A DNA stretch of 64,000 nucleotides from Ylistrum balloti. Taxonomy: Eukaryota. The notes under the pieces were generated by a model. The model was not told the origin of the DNA, did not search any database, and saw nothing but the letters and a program-made list of their open reading frames with translations. Shown piece after piece: positions 53,655-64,000 of this stretch (its first letter is position 1; each line of letters begins with the position of its first letter). A program made the translations under genes and the position numbers. The stretch spans positions 620,001-684,000 of the forward strand of contig NW_026782612.1 in the NCBI RefSeq assembly GCF_031769215.1, read 5' to 3'.

Positions 53655-54790
53655 AAGTTACCATATAGAGAGATAATCTAAGGATCACCCCCTGTAACCT
53701 AAAACACTATACTACACACTCTCACGCACTACCTGGGTACAGAAAATAGTTACCATATAGAGAGATAATCTAAGGATCACCCCCTGTAACCTAAAACACT
53801 ATACTACACACTCTCACGCACTACCTGGGTACAGAAAATAGTTACCATATAGAGAGATAATCTAAGGATCACCCCCTGTAACCTAAAACACTATACTACA
53901 CACTCTCACGCACTACCTGGGTACAGAAAATAGTTACCATATAGAGAGATAATCTAAGGATCACCCCCTGTAACCTAAAACACTATACTACACACTCTCA
54001 CGCACTACCTGGGTACAGAAAATAGTTACCATATAGAGAGATAATCTAAGGATCACCCCCTGTAACCTATAACACTATACTACACACTCTCACGCACTAC
54101 CTGGGTACAGAAAATAGTTACCATATAGAGAGATAATCTAAGGATCACCCCCTGTAACCTATAACACTATACTACACACTCTCACGCACTACCAGGGTAC
54201 AGAAAAAAGTTACCATACAGGGAGATAATCTAAGGATCACCCCCTGTAACCTATAACACTATACTACACACTCTCACGCACTACCTGGGTACAGAAAATA
54301 GTTACCATACAGGGAGATAATCCAAGGATCACCCCCTGTAACCTATAACACAATACTACACACTCTCACGCACTACCTGGGTACAGAAAATAGTTACCAT
54401 ACAGGGAGATAATCCAAGGATCACCCCCTGTAACCTATAACACAATACTACACACTCTCACGCACTACCTGGGTACAGAAAATAGTTACCATACAGGGAG
54501 ATAATCCAAGGATCACCCCCTGTAACCTATAACACAATACTACACACTCTCATGCACTACCTGGGTACAGAAAATAGTTACCATACAGGGAGATAATCCA
54601 AGGATCACTCCCTGTAACCTATAACACAATACTACACACTCTCACGCACTACCTGGGTACAGAAAATAGTTACCATACAGGGAGATAATCCAAGGATCAC
54701 CCCCTGTAACCTATAACACAATACTACACACTCTCATGCACTACCTGGGCAGAGAAAGTAGTAACCATACAGGGAGATAATCCAAGGATT
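53655..54790. repeat. 92-bp tandem repeat (~12 copies)
   Basis: gttaccatatagagagataatctaaggatcaccccctgtaacc...ctacctgggtacagaaaata. Confidence 0.95.
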
Positions 54791-57639
54791 TTTGTGGCTT
54801 GTCTATAACCACTTAAACAGATAATGTGTTTATATAAAGAATATTTCATGTAATACAGTATAAAGTCTATGTCGACTGATTAACGTAACTTATACCAACG
54901 CTGTACAGTCTACCATAACATTCAACCAGTCATACCAGTTACAAACATTCTATAGGGAACTTTGTTAACTATATCCACATGTTTACTTACATAATTAAAC
55001 CATAGTCCTCAGCAAATCTTTACTTTCATGTTTTATAAATCCTAAAAGATCTTCATGACGAATACTTATGACTAACTATGAATACTGATGTTATTTTCCG
55101 TGTATGATTTCAAGAACGACCTTGAAAATATTTTGTTTTCTTTTCAGGATCTGACATAAAAGCCATGGCATTGAGGAAAAAAAACCCATTATAATTAATT
55201 TTTTTTTTCTTTTTTTTCTACAAATTTTTTCATCAATTTCAGAATATAAGCCTATTACCGAACCAATGTCTACATAGCCACAGATGATTTTGTAATCACG
55301 CTCAGCAATCAACATCAATAACCCTAACATCGGTCGAAAGCCATTTCTCATTTAGCTATTATAATACCTGAATTAAATTTCACCTGTTAACGACATTAGG
55401 TGATAAAAAATAGTCCATTACCTGCATGAAGGTAATAAAATGATAGAGATTCTGTCCAGGTTAGATAATTTCCTGTATTAAACTATCAATCTCCATTGGA
55501 TCGCTCCATCAGTCTTCGACAGAAAGCCCCCACACAGGTAAAAGCTCGTTAACAACAAGTAATCTTTGATCTTGGGCACAGAGGTAAACACTCCTGGTGA
55601 CCATAATAAATTGTTTCTTTCCTGTTTCTAAAAATTTGGAATTGAAAATGAAACAAATCAGACAACAGATCGATGTTGATTTGAATCTAGTGTGGTATCC
55701 CTATCAGGAAAATCTGGTTTAAACTTTTGTTTTATGGAGTTTAATGGCCTTACAACAGACACATGGTTCTATGAAAAACCGACACCAAAAATGGAAAATA
55801 AAGCGGAGAATTAAAACAGTAGACAAGAGAGGAAAATCCAGAATCCCAGGTACTCCAGTGGAGTACATCTACGTCAGTCCTGATGTTATGTTTGTAACAT
55901 CAAGGTACTCTGCTGTATACTGGAAAGTTCTGCCAGTTTCATTTTAAACTTTTTTAATTTTAATTTTAAAATAATAGAAAGGTTGAAATAAGTTGTTTAA
56001 GATTAAAACTTTAGCCTGGCAGAAATGAATGTGTTTTTAATATTATGACGTAATTTGAAATATCTCTTTTATATATATATATATATATGACTATTAATGA
56101 CATAAACAAAATTAAAATCTATTTAAAATTCAAAAAGGTCTTTTCACTGACATCACCTTAGGTTGGGATACTATCTGTTAAACTATAGATTTTAAGTATG
56201 ATGCTTCCTAGAAACCGATAAATCTGTAGACATTACAAATCAATCCGCATTGGTGAGAGTCTGGAAACCATAAACAAGACGACACGACATCTCAATCAGT
56301 ATAGTAGTCCAAGCCATACACAGGTTCGATAACCTATAACAATATGTACAACTGTGAAACTATGACATCATCTGACCATTGTTACAATGTGATCACACCA
56401 GTTTATCAATTACACAGAATATATCAGATTTATCCAGGAACATGTATGTCATTAGATTCAAAACAGAATGTTCTCAACATGTCTATATCAACTAATGCCT
56501 TCTTTACTCTCGTCACAAAATCTTCCATTGAAAGCGAAATGTCATCTTCAAAATCACGGAATATTGTGATCTTTACATTTATCAAGATATGCCATCTTTA
56601 CATTTATCAAAGTATAACATCTTTACATTATCAAGGGAAGACATTTTTACATTTATCAATATAGGTGATGGCTTCATATTCATAAAAAACATCAATCTTT
56701 ACATTTATGTGGAAAGCACTTTTACATTGTGAGCTGTCCACTCTATTCCTCCCTCCCATCATTAATCTGATTCGCTAACACCTCAGATTTCTACAGATCT
56801 CACTCTTTCTATACTAAACCTTTCCCTAGTAACACGTCCATGGTAAATCCACTTAAACTTCACTTTCTGTTAATTGCTATACAATGATCATTTGATCAGG
56901 ATCCACAATGGTCACCTTGACTCCTACACAATGACCACTGCCCTTTGAACAGAACAAAATGGTCACCACTTTTAAGGTAAGTCTGTAAACATTTACAGAG
57001 TGCAATATCGAAATCCAGAATTGACAAAAAACGTGGAAAGCCACATCATCAGCACATCATTACAGCCACACATCCTCTCAGTTCTTCTCATTTATACATA
57101 TGGGAGTTAGCACCAGGCTTACAAACAGCTACAGCAGCTTTACTCCATCAAACAACATCTCATAGATATACATAGTCCGTCAACTGTTGTCAATAGCCCA
57201 GCCCAGCACATTGTGATTATTGATGATTTACAAAGCTACAGATATACTCAGCTCTGTACTAGATTGCCCCACTCCCAGCAATAAACAGCTGTAAAAGACA
57301 GCACTCAGTACTAAGCCTCTACTAACATAGCTACATTGAAGACTATTATTCTGTACAGAAAGGTGTCCAAATAGAGGAGATAAATACGGTGATCTCTGAC
57401 TACAAACAATCTATACTACTTCAGGTAATACAGGTCATGCTTGCGTTGATCAATTTCATTTCCTTCATCAATATATCATGTTTTATTAAAATTTTTTGGT
57501 GTTAGATTGTTTGTGTATCAAGTAGTGCAATCAATTATAGGATGCTGGAGAACAATTCAAGTACATCAAAATGCAGTATGGAAAATAACAATTACTAAAA
57601 GTGATCAACGGTCTGGAGGACTCAAGATAATAAAGAGAT

Positions 57640-58640
57640 TACCTGTTATCAAAAATAGCCTATCATAAGAGACCTCCTCTGATTAAAGACATCTGTTATT
57701 AGAGACCTCCTGTAATCAGTGATCACCAGTCATTAGAAACCACCTGTCATCAGAGACCACTTGACATATAGGATATTGCCTGTCATAAGAGACCGCCTTT
57801 CATGAGAGATCACCCGTCATTAGAGACTGCCTCTCAATAGAGACCACCTCTTATTGGAGACTGCTTGTCATTAGAGACCACCTCTTATTAGAGACCACCT
57901 GTCATTAGAGACCACTTCTCATTTGAGACCACCTCTCAAAAGAGACCACCTCTTATAAGAGACCACCTGTCATTAGAGACCACTTCACATTAGAGACCAT
58001 CTCTTATTAGAGAAAACCTCTCATCAGAGACCACCTCTTATTAAATACCGCCTGTCATTAGATAATTGCTTGACATTAGAAATAATTTCTCATTAGAGAC
58101 CATCTCTCATTAGAGACTGCCTGTCATTAAAGACCACTTGTTTTTAGAGACCGCCTGTCATCAGATATTGCCTGTCATTAGAGACCACCTCTCAAAAGAG
58201 ACCACCTTTTATTAGAGAAAACCTCTCATCAGAGACCACCTCTTTTTAAATACCGCCTGTCATTAGATAATTGCCTGACATTAAAAATAATTTCTCATTA
58301 GAGACCATCTCTCATTAGAGACTGCCTGTCATTAAAGACCACTTGTTTTTAGAGACCGCCTGTCATCAGATATTGCCTGTCATTAGAGACCACCTCTCAA
58401 AAGAGACCACCTTTTATTAGAGAAAACCTCTCATCAGAGACCACCTCTTATTAAATACCGCCTGTCATTAGATAATTGCCTGACATTAGAAATAATTTCT
58501 CATTAGAGACCATCTCTCATTAGAGACTGCCTGTCATCAGATATTGCCTGTCATTAGAGACCACCTATCAATAGAGACTACCTCTCATTAGAGACTGCCT
58601 GTCATTAGAGACCATCTCTCATTAGAAACCACCTGATATA
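57640..58640. repeat. Degenerate short-period repeat (tcattagagaccacct) with higher-order duplication
   Basis: Many gagaccacc/gagactgcc motifs. Long blocks are duplicated about 209 bp apart. Confidence 0.8.
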
Positions 58641-59294
58641 TACAATACCTGTGAGAAGAGACCATTTGTCACACATCCTAGTGTTTCAAACTTGATGTTT
58701 ACTTAATGTTTTCATAAGAAATGTTCATCCCAGTTATTCTGTTTCCTATCTTACTTGGATTTCAGCCTTAAGTTTGGAATGAACATCAATCTTAAAAGAT
58801 TTTAAGGGTATATAGTAAAAACTGAATTAGTATGTGAACAATGTGCCATATCATTGAAAAGTGACAAATAAGAGATATGAATATGATAATATCCCAATGG
58901 TGATTCAGGGATATATGAACATTTACGGCAGTACAGCAACACCACAGGATTAAAAGGGATTTTCTTTTGGGATATGACTTTCAAAAGATCATACAGCAAA
59001 AGAGCCTGTCTCGCTGTAAACACAGATGTTGTAAAGACTTTCAGTGACACTGATCTGGATATCTATAAAACCAGAGATCTGACCCAAGTGTTTCTAAACC
59101 CCTGATTGATTCAGTGTCACATTAACAGTCATTGGAGCGTTTAATGTAGGACAAGTTTTCCTGATTTGATACACACCTGGTCGTGAAGTGTTGTTAATCC
59201 CTGTCACTGATCAATATGGTCCCAGGTATGGTCGTTTACAGACATCAAGTACCCACTTAATACCTGCCATTAAGTAATTGATTCTACAAGACAG

Positions 59295-59998
59295 TTAAAC
59301 ATCAGTGACCACAGTCCAGTTACAATACTGGACAGGTAAACATCAGTGACCACAGTCCAGCTAAAATACTGGACAGGTAAACATCAGTAACCACAGTCCA
59401 GCACAGTCCAGTTACAATACTGGACAGGTAAACATCAGTAACCACAGTCCAGCACAGTCCAGTTACAATACTGGACAGGTAAACATCAGTGACCACAGTC
59501 CAGTTACAATACTGGACAGGTAAACATCAGTGACCACAGTCCAGTTACAATACTGGACAGGTAAACATCAGTGACCACAGTCCAGTTACAATACTGGACA
59601 GGTAAACATCAGTGTTACAATACTGGACAGGTAAACATCAGTGACCACAGTCCAGCTAAAATACTGGACAGGTAAACATCAGTGACCACAGTCCAGCTAA
59701 AATACTGGACAGGTAAACATCAGTGACCACAGTCCAGCTAAAATACTGGACAGGTAAACATCAGTGACCACAGTCCAGCTAAAATACTGGACAGGTAAAC
59801 ATCAGTGACCACAGTCCAGTTAAAATACTGGACAGGTAAACATCAGTGACCACAGTCCAGCTAAAATACTGGACAGGTAAACATCAGTGACCACAGTCCA
59901 GCTAAAATACTGGACAGGTCAACATCAGTGACCACAGTCCAGCTAAAATACTGGACAGGTAAACATCAGTGACCACAGTCCAGCTAAAATACTGGATG
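59295..59998. repeat. 41-bp minisatellite with an internal hairpin
   Basis: acatcagtgaccacaGTCCAGctaaaataCTGGACaggtaa. Confidence 0.93.
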
Positions 59999-60134
59999 AT
60001 TTTTATCAAATCTATTTGGAACCTTACTGCTTTGTATCATTAATTAAGACATCTCAATGTGCAATTGATATTGCAGCAGTTCAGATTACATAAGAAAAAA
60101 TCATCTAAAATTAATTAATCAAAAATTATTTATA

Positions 60135-60380
60135 AATCACTGTAATCGGGATCGTTAAGATCACGGTAATCGGGATCGTTAAGATCACTGTAATCGGGAT
60201 CGTTAAGATCACGGTAATCGAGATCGTTAAGATCACGGTAATCGAGATCGTTAAGATCACGGATCACGGTAATCGAGATCGTTAAGATCACGGTTATCGA
60301 GATCGTTAAGATCACGGATCACGGTAATCAGGATCGTTAAGATCACGGTAATCGGGATCGTTAAGATCACAGTAATTAAG
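60135..60380. repeat. 24-bp minisatellite
   Basis: gatcgttaagatcacggtaatcgg. Confidence 0.93.
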
Positions 60381-60727
60381 ACTAATAATAATTAATACTA
60401 GGTAAGATTAAGATTTTGATTAATAGAAACTTTGTGGTATTTCAAATCTCTTTCATTCAGTCAAATATCTCTTAGTTATGCCATTTTAACAATAAATGAA
60501 AACATGAAAATCTAATTTCTTTTAATGACGTACTGACAGTCAACATTCAATCTGCATCAAAGATTTTAGTTTCATATGGTAAAGATGAATACTGAAAATA
60601 ACAATTCATATTTCAAAAAGTGTAATTTGATTTTCTTTGCTTAAAAAGATTTGATAGACACAGATAGACTGAAATTTCTATCAAATCTGACGAAAAGTAC
60701 AATCATACTAAATGCCATCATATCATA

Positions 60728-61720
60728 TAAAGTTGTAGTAAATGTCCTTCTCATACGATAAAATATAAAGTTGTAGTAAAGCTTTTATCATATGACAGAA
60801 AGTAAAGTTGTAGTAAATGTTCTTGTCATATAAAAAAATTATAGTTGAAGTAAATGTCCTTCTTATACGATAAAATATAAAGCTGTAGTAAAATTTTTAT
60901 CATATGACAGAAAGTAAAGTTGTAGTAAATGTTCTTGTCATATAAAAAAATTATAGTTGTAGTAAATGTCCTTCTCATACGATAAAATATAAAGTTGTAG
61001 TAAAGCTTTTATCATATGACAGAAAGTAAAGTTGTAGTAAATGTTCTTGTCATATAAAAAAATTATAGTTGTAGTAAATGTCCTTCTCATACGATAAAAT
61101 ATAAAGTTGTAGTAAAGCTTATATCATATGACAGAAAGTAAAGTTGTAGTAAATGTTCTTGTCATATAAAAAAATTATAGTTGTAGTAAATGTCCTTCTC
61201 ATACGATAAAATATAAAGTTGTAGTAAAGCTTTTATCATATGACAGAAAGTAAAGTTGTAGTAAATGTTCTTGTCATATAAAAAAATTATAGTTGTAGTA
61301 AATGTCCTTCTCATACGATAAAATATAAAGTTGTAGTAAAGCTTATATCATATGACAGAAAGTAAAGTTGTAGTAAATGTTCTTGTCATATAAAAAAATT
61401 ATAGTTCTAGTAAATGTCCTTCTCATACGATGAAATATAAAGCTGTAGTAAAGTTTTTATCATATGACAGAAAGTAAAATTGTAGTAAATTTCCTTCTCA
61501 TAGGATAGAAAGTAAAATTGTAGAAAATGTCCTTTTCATAGGATAGAAAGTAAAATTGTAGTAAATGTCCTTCTCATAGGATAGAAAATACAACTGTAGT
61601 AAACGTCCTTCTCATATGAAAGACAGTAAAGTTGTAGTGAATGTCTTTCTCATTGGACAGAAACTACATTTGTAGTAAATGTCCTTCTCATATGATGGAA
61701 AGTAAAACTTGTAAATGTCC
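60728..61720. repeat. ~37-bp monomers organised as a 112-bp trimeric higher-order repeat
   Basis: aaagttgtagtaaa core with three alternating spacers. The period of the tgtccttc variant is 112 bp. Confidence 0.9.
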
Positions 61721-62909
61721 ACATCTGATCAAAATTCTTTTTTTTTTACATTTGCTATCAGTCACTCTGCCAACTCAACTGGAACAAAAGAAATGTTGTC
61801 ATACCCAAGTGCATATTTCCAATTCCTGTTCGAGTGATTGTTCCTGAAACATGCCATGTTATATCATAATTGGATGTATTAGCAATATTTGTCATCCTCG
61901 AGTTACGGAACAATTCCACGAGGGACCATAAATCTCTGATCAAGGTATTGAGTGTGCTGTCCTTTTCATGTTTTTGCAAGTCGATTACTTAATGGATGTT
62001 TCTACTCACAGCAGACATCATAATGGCATGCACAATAGTCTTACATTACAGCATTCAATAACTACTCTCTCTTTACAAATGTACTTTTCGTTATTTACAC
62101 ATCATCAAACATGTCGCTCTAAACTGGCATGACATTGTTTCATGCTTTCAAGTGATAGTCAGTTTGTGTTATTTTTAGCTCTTTTTTGTTAAATAGTTTA
62201 AATTTAATTTTTTACATCCTTTTTTGATGTTGAACTTGAAACAATTAAATTTTAAGTACACAATTACATTAAGATTGGTGACATTTACAGGTAACTTATA
62301 GGTTGTCACTCTGTATGGATTCACATTTACTGTAAAGGACAGGAAGTTGGGTTTAGAATTTATTTCTCTCAGAATTAGTTAAACATCAAATAGACGACAG
62401 TTTGTAAACACCGACGGCTCATGTATACTTGACTTATCCAAGAATTCTGTCAAAAGCCAACCTTTTAATCTAAAGTGCCATTTTTTTTTTTTTTTTTAAT
62501 TCACTGAATTGATCTGATTGAATCTATCTCCATTCCCTGCTGGTGTTTAAGTTTAGACTGACTATACTATATAAATCTGTAATGGTACATGTATAACAAT
62601 AACCTTGTTCCAGTGATTTTTGAGCTCGAGATGTCTTGCTAAAATATAGCAATTATTGCAAAGTCGAAAATTCATCATTGCGTTTATTTTTTAAAAAGTC
62701 ATATTAAATCTTTGTCATTTTTGAGTAGAGAAACTACCTCCAAAATAAAGACATTCATCTGATAGTCTCTAGAGAATTCAGAGTGGTCATTTGTTGTACA
62801 CAACACACATGTAACTAATTTATAATGCTAAACTGGCAAATAATAACATTTGTTATCTTTTGTGTTTGGTCTGAGAGAGAGGGAAAATCTCACAAAAATG
62901 ATGACAGTA

Positions 62910-64000
62910 TATGTCATCACCCTGTGGGAAGGGATATCTTATCACCCTGTGGGAGGGGGAGGGGAATATCTCGTCAACCTATGGGAGGGGGAGGGAATAT
63001 CTCATCAACCTTTGGGAGGGGAATATCTCATCACCCTGTGGGAGGGGGGAGGGGAATATGTCATCAACCTGTGGGAGGGGAATATCTCATCAACCTGTGG
63101 GAGGGGGGAGGGGAATATGTCATCAACCTGTGGGAGGGAATATCTCATCACCCTGTGGGAGGGGGGAGGGGAATATGTCATCAACCTGTGGGAGGGAATA
63201 TCTCATCACCCTGTGGGAGGGGGGAGGGGAATATGTCAGCAACCTGTGGGAGGGGGAGGGGAATATTTCATCAACCTGTGGGAGGGGGATATCTCATCAA
63301 CCTGTGGGAGGGGGATATCTCATCAACCTGTGGGAGGGGGAGGGAAATATCTCATCAACCTGTGGGAGGGGGAGGGAAATATCTCATCACCCTGTGGGAG
63401 GGGAAGAGGAATATCTCATCAACCTGTGAGAGGGGAATATCTCATCATCCTGTGGGAGGGGGAGGGGAATATCTCATCACCCTGTGGGAGGAGGAGGGGA
63501 ATATCTCATCACCCTGTGGGAGGGGGAGGGGAATATCTCATCACCCTGTGGGAGGGGGAGGGGAATATCTCATCACCCTGTGGGAGGGGGATATCTCATC
63601 ACCCTGTGGGAGGGGGAGTTGAATATCTCATCACCCTGTGGGAGGGGGAGGGGAATATCTCATCACCCTGTGGGAGGGGGAGGTGAATATGTCATCAACC
63701 TGTGGGAGGGGGAGGTGAATATGTCATCAACCTGTGGGAGGGGGAGGGGAATATCTCATCACCCTGTGGGAGGGGAATATCTCATCACCCTGTGGGAGGG
63801 GAATATCTCATCACCCTGTGGGAGGGGGAGGTGAATATGTCATCACCCTGTGGGAGGGGGAGGGGAATATCTCATCACCCTGTGGGAGGGAATATCTCAT
63901 CACCCTGTGGGAGGGGGAGTTGAATATCTCATCACCCTGTGGGAGGGGGAGGGGAATATCTCATCACCCTGTGGGAGGGGGAGGTGAATATGTCATCAAC
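62910..64000. repeat. G-rich ~27-32-bp minisatellite running off the window end
   Basis: tcatcaccctgtgggagggggaggggaatatc. Source of the 116-278 aa artefact ORFs. Confidence 0.95.

Noticed and set aside
61805-61843. 39-nt candidate PHLDB micro-exon (ttcag...gtatga); also candidates near 52370 and 43000
   Set aside because: Splice-like ends only. Frame and homology could not be linked to the PHLDB model without transcript data.
62825-63923. Gly/His-rich ORFs
   Set aside because: Artefacts of the G-rich repeat.

Overview
AT-rich eukaryotic (animal, most likely molluscan) genomic DNA with spliceosomal introns and many minisatellites. Four loci can be rebuilt by hand from splice sites and reading-frame phase. 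(1) The 3' three exons of a SABATH/Methyltransf_7-type SAM-dependent carboxyl methyltransferase (+, 954-2844). (2) A 15-exon gene of about 1,075 aa or more, with signal peptide, two CUB-type domains and seven Ig-like domains (+, 5375-24506; C-terminus unresolved). (3) A disrupted carnosine synthase (CARNS1)-like ATP-grasp pseudogene (+, ~30125-31970). (4) The 3' end of a PHLDB/LL5 gene with coiled coil and PH domain (-, 38336-44837), whose upstream part probably spans the rest of the window as large introns. The most notable signal is a 45-nt tandem array (8951-9410) inside an intron of the CUB-Ig gene, in which each monomer is essentially just a minimal type I hammerhead ribozyme in the sense orientation. 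Most long ORFs in the supplied track are artefacts of tandem repeats. All assignments come from manual reading and recalled family motifs; no searches were run.
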